64,000 nucleotides of DNA, taken from contig UYFQ01000001.1 in assembly GCA_900617105.1 (NCBI GenBank), positions 2,852,001-2,916,000 of the forward strand, given 5' to 3'. The notes under the pieces were generated by a model. The model saw only the letters and a list, made by a program, of their open reading frames with translations. It made no database searches and was not told where the DNA came from. Origin of the DNA: Hydrurus foetidus. Lineage: Eukaryota. This document shows positions 1 to 9,877 of this stretch, piece by piece. Each line of letters starts with the position of its first letter. The stretch's first letter is position 1. The position numbers and the translations under genes were made by a program.

Positions 1-4
1 ACAT

Positions 5-967
5 ATGCCCGTCAATCTCGACAAAGCGACTAAATGGAAATCAGACATTGCCCATTCAGTTGATATGTACAACGCGTGGTTTATGGAGTTCGCGCCGGTC
101 GCGTTCCGTAACACTAGGCTTAAAGTGACTGTTGAAGTGGAAGCCGCTCTTAAGGCCACTGATGGCCTTCGTAATATTCAGCCCGCGCTGCTTCGCCTGC
201 ATCCCGGCGTGTTACCGACGCTGCGCATGTCCACTTGCCCGCCGATTGCTGTTGACCGGTTGATTGGTTTGTCAGGGGTTACGCCTTCGCTCGTTAAAAC
301 GATGGAGTTAACTTAACAGCTCCCGCCGAAAATGGACGCCACTGCGGCCGATTTACAGCTTAGCAAGATAGTAGCCATAAGTGAGCGTCTTGCCGACCCT
401 GATATTTTTGTGTGGCTCAACCGCGCAGCGCCTGCAACTAAAGTCGAGTTGCGTCGTGCAGCGTCCATCGTTGCAGACCGGCTGTGTGGCGCAGTCGCTA
501 ACCCTATCATTCGCAATGCCCAAGAGAAACGTCAGCTTGCTGCCATCAAAGCGTGGTTAGAGGCGAGAGGGTACAGCCAGCTTCTGGGAGGTGATGGCCT
601 GAAGTTCAACGCAATGAAGCCAGGTACGTTTAGCTTTCGCCTCAATGTGCCGGTAAAGCTAGAAGGGGGAGTGCAACAGGTCAATATCCCCATCGATGCA
701 GTCATCATGCCGAAGAGCGCTAAGGCTGGAGACTTCCCGATCTTTTTCGAAGCAAAGTCAGCTGGTGATTTCACCAACACCAACAAACGCCGTAAAGAAG
801 AGGCTGTGAAAATGGCCCAGCTTCGCGCAAACTATGGGGCTGCGGTACGCTTCAACCTATTTTTGTGCGGCTACTTCGATGGCGGATACCTCGGCTACGA
901 AGCAACTGAAGGCATCGATTGGGTTTGGGAACACCGCATTAACGACCTGGCACTTTTCGGAATTTGA
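5..967 (+). pseudogene. XamI-family type II restriction endonuclease, interrupted by an in-frame TAA at 314-316
   Basis: ORFs 5..316 and 332..967 are in the same frame (MELT*QLPPKMDA). C-terminal motif FFEAKSAGDFTNTNKRRKEEA is typical of RE_XamI. A methylase lies immediately downstream. Confidence 0.8.
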
Positions 968-970
968 CAT

Positions 971-2554
971 ATGACGTACTCTTTTGACGCATTCGAAACA
1001 GAGCGGCTTGGGCTTCAAGCAGAGTTGGACAGCGGCAAATCCCCGGTTGAACGCAACAAGCTGGGGCAATTCGCTACGCCAACTGCGCTTGCACGCGAAG
1101 TGTTGGCCTACGGCCTTTCGCTGCTGCCTGAGACAACTTCCGTCCGCTTCCTCGACCCTGCTATCGGTACAGGTGCTTTCTATACCGCACTGAGGTCTAC
1201 GTCAGCCGCCCGAAATGTGAAATCAGCCAGTGGATTTGAGATTGACCCGCACTATGGCAAACCCGCCATGAAGCTGTGGAAGGGTACGCCGCTCGACTAC
1301 AAACTAGCAGACTTCACCACCTTAACCCCACCAACAGCACAGGGGGGAAAATCAAACCTTCTAATTTGCAATCCGCCGTATGTTCGACATCATCATATTG
1401 ATAGCGCAGCAAAAACTAGATTGCATGCGCGTGCATTAAACAGCGCGAATATCAATCTCAGTGGTTTAGCTGGGCTTTACTGTTATTTCATGGCGCTTGC
1501 ACATGACTGGATGGCAGACGGGGGTATAGCAGGCTGGCTAATTCCGTCCGAGTTTATGGACGTGAACTACGGTCGCGCATTGAAAGAATATTTGCTTCGC
1601 GAAGTAACGCTTTTACACATTCACCGCTTTGACCCCAATGATGTGCAGTTTGATGATGCTTTGGTCTCTTCGTCCGTTGTCTGGTTTAGGAAGGAAAAGC
1701 CGCCTACTGCGCATCAGGCTAGCTTCTCGTATGGTGGCTCGCTGGCTGAGCCAGCAATGGTTAAAAATATTGCAGCTGTAGATTTAGTGAAGGCCGACAA
1801 GTGGACGCGCTTTCCAAAAAACGATCCGGCAGCGGCTCATCATGGCTATCGCCTCGTAGACCTGTTTGCAATAAAACGTGGGATTGCTACTGGTGACAAC
1901 AGTTTTTTCATCTTGCCGGAAGAGCGAGCCCAAGAGCTAAACCTGCCAGCTAGGTTTTTGCGGCCAATTTTGCCGAGTACCCGCTACATCAAAGTCGATG
2001 AAATATCGGCTGATGCCGCCGGCATGCCGTTATTGTCGAAGCGGCTTTATTTGCTGGACTGTAATCTTCCAGAAGAAGAAGTCGAGCAGGAATACCCACA
2101 CCTTTGGGCTTACCTGCAAACTGGTAAAACCACAACTGCTGAAGCGTACCTTTGCAAGTCGCGAAAGCTTTGGTATATGCAAGAAAAGCGCCAAGCAGCG
2201 CCCATCGTTTGCACCTATCTCGGTCGGGGTGACACAGCCCGACCGTTCCGCTTTCTGCTTAACAATTCCAAGGCGACGGCGTCAAATGTTTTTTTAATGC
2301 TTTACCCGCAGCCCTTGCTGGCACGTCAGCTTGCGCTGAAACCCAGAGCCATCCGGGACATTTGGGAGGCCATGAATGCAATTGCTCCCGAGACCCTGCT
2401 TGGCAATGGCAGGGTATACGGTGGCGGGCTACACAAGTTGGAACCCAAAGAACTGGCCAACATACCCGCCGATAACTTGGCTTTGATCGTGGGCCTGGGC
2501 AAGAAACCTTCAGCACCGCACCAAATGGAATTCCCTGAAGAGCTCGTCGTTTGA
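971..2554 (+). CDS. N6-adenine DNA methyltransferase (XamI/Eco57I-like, gamma class)
   Basis: GQFATP, FLDPAIGTG (motif I), NPPY (motif IV), C-terminal YGGGLHKLEPKEL; 3 bp after the REase. Confidence 0.9.
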   Translation: MTYSFDAFETERLGLQAELDSGKSPVERNKLGQFATPTALAREVLAYGLSLLPETTSVRFLDPAIGTGAFYTALRSTSAARNVKSASGFEIDPHYGKPAMKLWKGTPLDYKLADFTTLTPPTAQGGKSNLLICNPPYVRHHHIDSAAKTRLHARALNSANINLSGLAGLYCYFMALAHDWMADGGIAGWLIPSEFMDVNYGRALKEYLLREVTLLHIHRFDPNDVQFDDALVSSSVVWFRKEKPPTAHQASFSYGGSLAEPAMVKNIAAVDLVKADKWTRFPKNDPAAAHHGYRLVDLFAIKRGIATGDNSFFILPEERAQELNLPARFLRPILPSTRYIKVDEISADAAGMPLLSKRLYLLDCNLPEEEVEQEYPHLWAYLQTGKTTTAEAYLCKSRKLWYMQEKRQAAPIVCTYLGRGDTARPFRFLLNNSKATASNVFLMLYPQPLLARQLALKPRAIRDIWEAMNAIAPETLLGNGRVYGGGLHKLEPKELANIPADNLALIVGLGKKPSAPHQMEFPEELVV

Positions 2555-2675
2555 ATGCGAGCAGTTGTTTGCAAGCGTGTTTAGCGCCGCGTACTCGTCC
2601 GCTGGAAAAGACCCCATAAAAATGGGTGTCGAAGCACATAGAAATGCAAATCTAGTCGTTTCAGCCTAAAGCTCC

Positions 2676-3169
2676 CACTTCGCCTACTGTGCAGCCACAT
2701 GCACATGGCCTGGATGCGCTACGTCTGCGGGCGGCTAAAAAGCGACTTTCGCTACTCCAACATCATCGTCTACAACAACTTCCCGTGGCCAAATATCGTC
2801 GATTCAGTACCAAAATTAGTATTAATTGAGCCTCTAGCCCAATCAGTACAGGCGCAATCAGCTCCCGAAAAAATAGCACTCAACAAGCTTGAAGCCGTCA
2901 GCGTCAAGCTGATCGCCAAAATAGAAGCTGCCGCCCAAGCCGTGCTGGACGCCCGAGCCGTGCATCAGCAGCCCGGTGCGATGTCAACCCTTGCTCAACT
3001 CTACGACCCGACCACCATGCCCGCCAACCTGGCGAAAGCCCATGCCGCGCTCGATAAAGCGGTTGATGCCGCGTACAAAGAAGACGGCGGTTCTGCCAGC
3101 TACGCCAACGACGGTGAGCGCGTGGCTTTTCTGTTCAAACGCTACGCGGCGCTGACGAGTCTGGTTTGA
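2676..3169 (+). pseudogene. C-terminal remnant of an MmeI-like type IIL restriction-modification enzyme
   Basis: MHMAWMRYVCGRLKSDFRYSNIIVYNNFPWP and TLAQLYDPTTMPANLAKAHAALDKAVDAAY...ERVAFLFKRY match the MmeI-family tail. Homology extends to HFA-LLCS at ~2676 through a 1-nt frameshift. The N-terminal bulk is absent. Confidence 0.8.
2816..2878 (-). repeat. Dispersed ~65-bp repeat A, copy 1 (in frame within the MmeI-like remnant)
   Basis: Reverse complement TGCTATTTTTTCGGGAGCTGATTGCGCCTGTACTGATTGGGCTAGAGGC. Confidence 0.8.
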
Positions 3170-3368
3170 TAAATATCAGGGTTCAAAGCAGGGCCTACAC
3201 TTTTCGCGAGTCAGTGGACTGGAAATGCCCCAGCCAGGATCTTGCGAAAGCTGGAATTATTTATGTGGCGTCGCGCACCACCTGACTCAGTTTTGTAATT
3301 GACCGACGCTGACGATTGCTGAGAAAGCGGCCAAGCGGATTAAGGCCAGTATTTAAGCATGCTGAAGA

Positions 3369-3434
3369 TACTATTATTTTAGGAGCTGCTCGCGCCCGTA
3401 TTTATTGGGCTACAGGCATAAATGATGCCTAAAA
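3369..3434 (+). repeat. Repeat A, copy 2
   Basis: TACTATTATTTTAGGAGCTGCTCGCGCCCGTATTTATTGGGCTACAGGC. Confidence 0.9.
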
Positions 3435-3466
3435 AGAGTCAAAAACAGCCCAGATCTGCTGCTGCG

Positions 3467-3967
3467 TCACAAATAAACTTTTTGCAGCAAGCGCAGCAAG
3501 GTTTTTGTTTCTGCTGCGGTCAAGCGACTGGCGGATTCAAGTTCAACCGCGCTGGCGGTAGGTTCTGCCTGGGCCATGAGCTTTTCGCCTGCGCTGGTCA
3601 GGTGCAGGCCAATGGCGCGGCCGTCGTCCGGGTGCGGCTTTTTTCTTAACAGCTCGCGCCGCTCCATCATGCTGATTTTGCCGACCAGATTGGGCGGCAG
3701 CAAATTCAGGGCGCTGCACAACTGGCGTGACGTGATGCCCGGGTTGTGATGAATCAAAGACAGCACCGAGAAATCAACCGGCGTTAGCCCGAATTCGGCC
3801 ATGCGTTCGTTGAACAGTCCAATCGCCTGTAATGAAACTCGCCGGGCGTTGTAGCCCAGCAGGGTTTGCAGGTAACTGGCGTCCACGCTCGCTTCGGCAG
3901 ACTTAGCTGCCGCGCGCTGTTTTTTGGCGGACTTCACCGGCGGCGCTGCAGGCAGCTTGGCGGGCAA
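3467..3967 (-). CDS. MarR-family transcriptional regulator
   Basis: wHTH with LTPVDFSVLSLI...DDGRAIGLHLT; at the end of the catabolic cluster; start uncertain. Confidence 0.9.
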   Translation of the reverse strand: MPAKLPAAPPVKSAKKQRAAAKSAEASVDASYLQTLLGYNARRVSLQAIGLFNERMAEFGLTPVDFSVLSLIHHNPGITSRQLCSALNLLPPNLVGKISMMERRELLRKKPHPDDGRAIGLHLTSAGEKLMAQAEPTASAVELESASRLTAAETKTLLRLLQKVYL

Positions 3968-3968
3968 C

Positions 3969-4970
3969 TCAGGCCTCTGCGGTAAAGCCGATTTTTTTCA
4001 CAATCGGGCCCCAGTAATCAAATTGCACCTTCTGGTCTCGGGCCATTTGCTCCGGCGTGCCGCCCACTGGCAACATGCCCTGAATGGCCAAGCTGTCAAT
4101 GACGGACTTTTCTTTGAGTGCAGCATTAATCGCGGCGTTGGCTGATGCAACGATAGCGGCTGGCGTTTTGGCTGGGGCGTAAAAGCCAAACCACTCTTCC
4201 ACCACCAGATCAGGAAAGCCCTGCTCTGCAAAGGTAGGAATGTCGGGCACAAACGGTGAGCGCTGCTTGCCAGACGTGGCCAAAATGCGCAGCTTGCCAG
4301 CTTTGTGGTTGGCCAAAAAGTCGCCGTGCGGTGTGAACATCGACGCGATTTGCCCGCCAATCACATCGACCACGCCAGGCGTGGAGCCGCGATACGGAAT
4401 GTGTTTTAGCTCAACCCCGTTGTTTAGCCCCAGCAGCGCGCCCAAAAAGTGTGGCGTAGACCCGGCTGCAGGTGAGCCATAGCTGGCGTCTTTGGGGTTG
4501 GCCTTGGCCCAGGCCAAATAGTCTTTAACGGTTTTGACCGTAGCAGGCACCATTGGCCCAACCGCCAGGCCGTGCACCAGCGACGACGCCATGCACACCG
4601 GCACCAAATCGGTAAACGGGTCGTAGCTGAGCTGTTTGTAGATGTGCGGGTAAATCGCCATCATGGAATACGGGGTGAGCAACAGCGTGGCGCCGTCTGG
4701 GGCGGCGGCTTTTACGGCGTCAACCGCGATGCGGGCGGCCGCGCCGGTTTTGTTTTCGACCACCGCGGGGTTCTTGGTGTAGCTAGAGCCGCCCAGCTTT
4801 TCGCCTACCCGGCGGCTGGTGGTGTCGGCTGAGCCGCCTACCGGAAAACCGTTGATGATTTTGACCAGGTCAAGCGGAAGCGAATTGGCCTGGGCAAATG
4901 CAGGCAAGCTCAGCGTGCCCAAAAGTGCTGTGGCGGTGCTGGCCTGAATGAATTGACGGCGGTTGGTCAT
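3969..4970 (-). CDS. Bug/TctC tripartite tricarboxylate transporter substrate-binding protein (Tat signal)
   Basis: NRRQFI twin-arginine signal; GFPVGGSAD, VVENKTGA, HIPYRG motifs. Confidence 0.93.
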   Translation of the reverse strand: MTNRRQFIQASTATALLGTLSLPAFAQANSLPLDLVKIINGFPVGGSADTTSRRVGEKLGGSSYTKNPAVVENKTGAAARIAVDAVKAAAPDGATLLLTPYSMMAIYPHIYKQLSYDPFTDLVPVCMASSLVHGLAVGPMVPATVKTVKDYLAWAKANPKDASYGSPAAGSTPHFLGALLGLNNGVELKHIPYRGSTPGVVDVIGGQIASMFTPHGDFLANHKAGKLRILATSGKQRSPFVPDIPTFAEQGFPDLVVEEWFGFYAPAKTPAAIVASANAAINAALKEKSVIDSLAIQGMLPVGGTPEQMARDQKVQFDYWGPIVKKIGFTAEA

Positions 4971-5053
4971 GGTGTTTCCTGGTGATGAATTAAAAACGGA
5001 AATGGTGAAATGTTTGACTAATTATTGGCTAAAGGTTGGCTGAATCTTGGCTG

Positions 5054-5482
5054 CTAGCTACACAACGCCTTGATATTTTCAGGCACGGCAATGGCTTTAA
5101 TGCCGTCGGGGTTGTCGGGGTGGCGAATGCAAAAGGCTCTGGTCTCGGTGCCCTCACACAAAACAGTTTCACCACGCTTGACGATGTGCTTTTGAATAAA
5201 CACCTTGCTGCGCCACTCGACCACGCTGGTGTGAATACGCAGGCGTTCGCCGTAAGTGGCGGGGCTGATGAAACGGGTGTTCACCTCAAGCAGTGGCGTG
5301 CCAATGATGCCGGTGGTTTTATACAAGTCGCGCCAGGTGGGCACGCCGCACTGCACAAAAAAGTTCAACGACGAAGCGTCCATCCACTTGGAGAAGTTGG
5401 GAAAGAACACAATACCCGCAGGGTCGCAGTCGCCAAACATGACTTCTACTTCGTACACCACCGACACGGTTGCTTTACTCAT
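5054..5482 (-). CDS. 4-hydroxybenzoyl-CoA thioesterase family protein
   Basis: FGDCDPAGIVFFPNF hot-dog motif. Confidence 0.9.
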   Translation of the reverse strand: MSKATVSVVYEVEVMFGDCDPAGIVFFPNFSKWMDASSLNFFVQCGVPTWRDLYKTTGIIGTPLLEVNTRFISPATYGERLRIHTSVVEWRSKVFIQKHIVKRGETVLCEGTETRAFCIRHPDNPDGIKAIAVPENIKALCS

Positions 5483-5503
5483 TAAATGCCTTGTTAAAAC
5501 TTT

Positions 5504-5569
5504 TACTATTGAATTTATAGCTGCTCGCGCCCGTATTTATTGGGCTATAGACATTATTGACGAGTCAAA
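5504..5569 (+). repeat. Repeat A, copy 3
   Basis: TACTATTGAATTTATAGCTGCTCGCGCCCGTATTTATTGGGCTATAG. Confidence 0.9.
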
Positions 5570-5577
5570 CGGGTATT

Positions 5578-6826
5578 TTAAGAGCTTTGCGGGTTCTCTA
5601 GCAGCAGGGCAATCCCCTGCCCGCCGCCGACACAGGCTGACGATATGCCGTAGCGCACGCTATTTAAGTGCATTTGCCGCGCCAGCGTCAGGGTTAGTCG
5701 CACACCCGTAGCGGCCAGCGGGTGGCCGAGGGCGATTGCGCCGCCGTTGACGTTTAGCTTTTCTATGTCCAAGCCCAGCTCTTTTGCCACGGCCAGCGTT
5801 TGCGCGCCTTGCGCTTCATTGATTTCAAAGCAGCCAATGTCGTCAAGCTTTAAACCGCAGCGCTCCAGCAACAAACGAATTGCCGGGGCCGGGCCAATGC
5901 CCATGATTTCGGGCGGCACGCCAACCGCAGCGACTGCCACCACGCGGGCCAGCGGTTTTTTGCCGTGCGCCTTGATGGTCGAACCCGAGGCCGCAACGCT
6001 GGCCGCTGTCGCATCGACCAGCGGCGCAGTTGCCACCGGTTTGCACGCCGCCCTCGTACACGCACCGCAACTTGGACAGCACCTCGACAGGGGAAATTCG
6101 CGCGTGGGTGTCGACGGCAACTTCAGCCACTTTGCCTGGCAACCGTATGCCGCGCGGCGCGTAGCCAGCGAGCTCAAACTTTTCAGTGACAACAGGCGCA
6201 ATTTCACCTGCATGAAAACCCCGCTCTTGCGCGGCCACTGCTTTGGCAAACGAGCTGGACGCAAACGCATCTACGTCTGCCCGCGTTATGTCGTATTTTT
6301 CAGCCAGGTTCTCAGAAGTTTGAATCATGTTGATGCCGGGGGCAGAGTCTTGCAGCGCCTCCCACATGAAGTCTTTAAAACCCACCGGCGCGCCGAGCTT
6401 AAAACCCGTGCGGTGGTCAAACGCGGCAATCGGGTTGCGGGTCATGCTTTCGGTGCCAACCACCAGCGCCACGTCGGCAACGCCACTTTGAATTTGCTCA
6501 CCCGTTTGGCGAAACAGCTCAAAACCCGTGCCGCAAATGCGCTGCACCATGATGGCGGGCACGTCTATGGGCACGCCTGCATACAGGCAGGTGTGGCGCG
6601 GCAGCATGAACTGGTCAAAGTCGCCCGGCGCCATGTTGACTGCAATCACAGAGTCAACATGCTCGGCTGGTACACCCGCTTTGGCTAGAGTCGCGCGAGC
6701 TGCTTTAATGCCCATGTCAGCGGGCGACACGTAGCCCAGAGCACCGCAATAGTCCACCAGCGGCGTGCGCATGCCAGCCAGCAACCTCACGTCATTGAAC
6801 TGACAAACGAAACCGCGTTTTTGCAC
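5578..6826 (-). pseudogene. Thiolase (acetyl-CoA C-acyltransferase), frameshifted near 6025
   Basis: N-half (QRICGTG catalytic Cys ... QTGGN) is in ORF 5843..6826. C-half (LVDA..., FEINEA, GGAIALGHPLAATG, CVGGGQG) is in another frame, ORF 5578..6270. Confidence 0.85.
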
Positions 6827-6832
6827 GGTGGC

Positions 6833-8692
6833 CTAACTCGGTACGGGTTTAAAAATAAACTCAACTGCATCTGCATGCAGCGCACTAACCAACACGCTGC
6901 GATGCGCCAATACCGCGCGCTGGTTGATCGAGCCTTTGTCGGTGACTTCGCCTTTATCAATCGACGGTGGCTCATGCATGACGTGCAAGCGCGCAATGCG
7001 GCTTGCGCTGCCCGTGGCCGTTTGGGCAAGGTCGTTGACCAGGTTTTGAAAATGATTGGCTACTGGAGCGCTTTGCAAAACCTGCTGCAAAGTGGCCTCT
7101 GCCGCCAGGCTGGCCAAGCCGCGCACCGCGGCAGTTGGGAAAATAAGCGCGCCCACTTCATTGCCATTGATACCGGTCAACACCGCGTCTTGCACGTAGG
7201 GCGCGCCAGCCGCAATGATTTTTGCGCGCAGCGGCCCCACGCTGACGAAGGTGCCGGTGGCCAGCTTGAAGTCCTCGGCAATGCGGCCGTCAAAATGCAA
7301 GCCCACATGTATGTTGTCAGCGTCAATCCACTTGACGGCATCACCGGTGCAAAAAAAGCCTTCGTCGTCAAAGGCTTCAGCAGTGTCAGCAGCGGCCCGC
7401 CAGTAGCCGGGCATGATGTTGGGGCCTTTGTAGCGCACCTCGGTTTTGCCGCCGTTGGGCACCAGCTTGAGGTCCATGCCCGGCGTGGGCACGCCCAAGT
7501 CGCCCGAGCTGACATTGGGGCTGGTCACAAACAAACCAAACGGGCCAGACTCAGTCATGCCCAGGCCGGTGGTCATCACAATGCGCTGGTTGATTTCTCG
7601 CTCGGCGGATGCATACAGGCTGTTCCACACCGGCTGGGCCAGCGCAGCACCGGCATAAAAAAACATTTTCACGCGGCTTAGGAAATTGCGCCGCAACGCG
7701 TCGTCCGTAGTCATTGCGTGGGCGATGGCTTCAAAACCCGTGGGCACATTGAAGTACACGGTGGGCGCAATTTCGCGCAGGTTGCGCAGCGTCTCATGCA
7801 TCAACGCGGGGTTGGGCTTGCCGTCGTCAATGTACAAAGTACCGCCATGAAACAGCGTTAACCCAAAGTTGTGGTTGCCACCAAAGGTGTGGTTCCAGGG
7901 CAGCCAGTCGACCAGCACGGGCGGCTCAGCCGTCAGCACCGGCATTGACTGCGCCATTTGCTGTTGGTTGGCGCACCACATGCGCTGGGTGTTGATCACT
8001 GCCTTGGGCAGCTTGGTAGAGCCACTGGTGAACAAAAATTTAACGATGGTGTCCGGGCCGGTGGCTTGCATGGCGGCGTCAACGGCCGGGGTATCGGGCG
8101 TGGCCAGCAAACTGGCAAACGCTGTTGTACGGCGGCTGCCGACTTGGCCCGCACCCAGCACCACTTCAATACTGCTGCCAACTGCGGCTTCAATCGCCCT
8201 GCCGTATCGCTCGCCGCTTGCCGCAAACACCAGGCCCGGCGTGGTGGTGCTCAGCACGTGGCGCAATTTTTCAAAGTCTTGGCTAACCAACGCGTAAGCC
8301 GGCGACACCGGTATAAACGGCACGCCCGCCACCATACAACCAAGCGCCAGCAGCGCGTGATCGAGGTCATTTTCAGACAGAATAGCGACCGGTTTGTCAG
8401 CGCTCAGGCCCCGATTAATCAGCGCTTGCGCAACATAGCGGGCGCGCTGCCACGCTTGGGCGTAACTGATGTGTTGCCAGTCGCCCGTGCGTGCATCTGG
8501 CAACTTTTCGCGCTTGGCCATGAAGCTGCGCTCGGGCGCAACGCGGGCCCAGTGCGCCAGCCGATCTGTGATGCGATCAGGAAAGCTTTGCAGCGGCTGC
8601 ACGGCACGCAGGTACTGCACGCCCGCAGGGTCGCCGCGCAACTCGACTTCGGTGACACCGAAGGTAAGCGGGCGAAAGACAGGCGTGCTCAT
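6833..8692 (-). CDS. fcs: Feruloyl-CoA synthase / hydroxycinnamate-CoA ligase
   Basis: LFTSGSTKLPKAV, DWLPWNHTFGGNHN, FDGRIAEDFKL, EVTDKGSINQRAVL. Confidence 0.92.
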   Translation of the reverse strand: MSTPVFRPLTFGVTEVELRGDPAGVQYLRAVQPLQSFPDRITDRLAHWARVAPERSFMAKREKLPDARTGDWQHISYAQAWQRARYVAQALINRGLSADKPVAILSENDLDHALLALGCMVAGVPFIPVSPAYALVSQDFEKLRHVLSTTTPGLVFAASGERYGRAIEAAVGSSIEVVLGAGQVGSRRTTAFASLLATPDTPAVDAAMQATGPDTIVKFLFTSGSTKLPKAVINTQRMWCANQQQMAQSMPVLTAEPPVLVDWLPWNHTFGGNHNFGLTLFHGGTLYIDDGKPNPALMHETLRNLREIAPTVYFNVPTGFEAIAHAMTTDDALRRNFLSRVKMFFYAGAALAQPVWNSLYASAEREINQRIVMTTGLGMTESGPFGLFVTSPNVSSGDLGVPTPGMDLKLVPNGGKTEVRYKGPNIMPGYWRAAADTAEAFDDEGFFCTGDAVKWIDADNIHVGLHFDGRIAEDFKLATGTFVSVGPLRAKIIAAGAPYVQDAVLTGINGNEVGALIFPTAAVRGLASLAAEATLQQVLQSAPVANHFQNLVNDLAQTATGSASRIARLHVMHEPPSIDKGEVTDKGSINQRAVLAHRSVLVSALHADAVEFIFKPVPS

Positions 8693-8710
8693 GGGCAGGC
8701 AGTACGTTGA

Positions 8711-9484
8711 TTAGTCTTTTTTAACTTTGGCCGCTTTGCCATCTAAAAACGCCTTAACCCGGCTCTTGGCCTCGGGCGCGCTTTGCGCAATGGCGCTGAT
8801 CAGCCCTTCAGTGAACAAGCCGTGGTCTGCGGGCTGCTCGGCAATGCGCGGCAACGCGTGCAACAAGGCGTAGTTGGTCAGCGGCGCGTTTTGTGCAATA
8901 CGCTCGGCCAGCGCCAGCGCTTTGTCAAACGCCGCACCTTTCGGCGTCAGGTACTGCGCAAGGCCAATGCGTTCGCCTTCTTCAGCGTTGTACACGCGCC
9001 CGGTCAGCATCATGTCCAGCATGCGCGCCACGCCAATCAGCTTGGGGATACGCACTGAGCCGCCACCACCCACAAATATGCCGCGCGAGCCCTCGGGCAG
9101 CGCATAAAAAGCAGTGTCGTCGGCCACGCGAATATGGCAGGCGCTGGCTAACTCCAACCCGCCACCCACCACAGCACCGTGCAGGGCCACAATCACCGGA
9201 ACTGGCCCGAACTGCAGCACATTCAATGCAGCGTGCCACAGGCGTGAATGGTGAAGCCCTTGGCCAGCATCGCGCTCGGTGAGTTCACTTAAATCCAGGC
9301 CTGCGCAAAAGTGGTCGCCCTCGCCATGCAGCACCGCAGCTTTGGCCGTGCTGGGCAGGGTCTCGAACAAGTTGCGCAGCGCCAGAATCAGCGCATCACC
9401 GAGCGCGTTTCGTTTGGCCGGGCGGCTCAGGCGAACCACGGCAACAGCGCCGCGCATTTCAAAGTGGAGGTCAGTACGAGTCAT
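8711..9484 (-). CDS. Crotonase/enoyl-CoA hydratase family protein
   Basis: FCAGLDL, VVGGGLELA, ALPEGSRGI motifs; adjacent to fcs. Confidence 0.92.
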   Translation of the reverse strand: MTRTDLHFEMRGAVAVVRLSRPAKRNALGDALILALRNLFETLPSTAKAAVLHGEGDHFCAGLDLSELTERDAGQGLHHSRLWHAALNVLQFGPVPVIVALHGAVVGGGLELASACHIRVADDTAFYALPEGSRGIFVGGGGSVRIPKLIGVARMLDMMLTGRVYNAEEGERIGLAQYLTPKGAAFDKALALAERIAQNAPLTNYALLHALPRIAEQPADHGLFTEGLISAIAQSAPEAKSRVKAFLDGKAAKVKKD

Positions 9485-9507
9485 GGCGTCTATAAAATGG
9501 ATGCATT

Positions 9508-9534
9508 ATTATGATTATCGAAAATAACTATAAC
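9508..9534. promoter_or_regulatory. Candidate MarR operator (AT-rich imperfect inverted repeat)
   Basis: ATTATGATTAT-CGAAA-ATAACTATAAC, ~24 bp upstream of the crotonase start. Confidence 0.45.
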
Positions 9535-9744
9535 AAGGTCTGGGTTCAGGTCACTTTGGAGTGATTACCCTCGCTTGGTAGACGCTGGCCCGGCAAAGGC
9601 GGGAAACTCCCAATGCAGCCCGTTGATGCGCTGGCTACAGTTTATTTATCACCGCCAACCTGAAAGTTGCGCGGTTGAGGAGCCGGGGAGACACCGAAAA
9701 ATCAGATACAACGCGTTGCGCACCAAGCCGTGCAACGCGCAAAG

Positions 9745-9771
9745 AGCGCTGGCGATCCCAGCGCTTTTTTT
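9745..9771 (+). terminator. Rho-independent terminator-like hairpin
   Basis: AGCGCTGG-CGATC-CCAGCGCT followed by a T run. Confidence 0.65.
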
Positions 9772-9779
9772 CGCCTGGA

Positions 9780-9842
9780 TTTACATATATTTGCCCTGAA
9801 AATCAATATTTACGGGCGCGCGCAGCTATGGAATTTATAGCA
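9780..9842 (-). repeat. Repeat A, copy 4
   Basis: CAATATTTACGGGCGCGCGCAGCTATGGAATTTATAGCA. Confidence 0.85.
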
Positions 9843-9877
9843 ATTTGCAGTGTCTGTGGAATGCGACAATTACCCGC

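Noticed and set aside
9590..9700. c-di-GMP-I or glycine riboswitch
   Set aside because: Only fragments match (GGCAAA, GGAGA-CACCGAA); the remaining conserved elements are absent or on the opposite strand.
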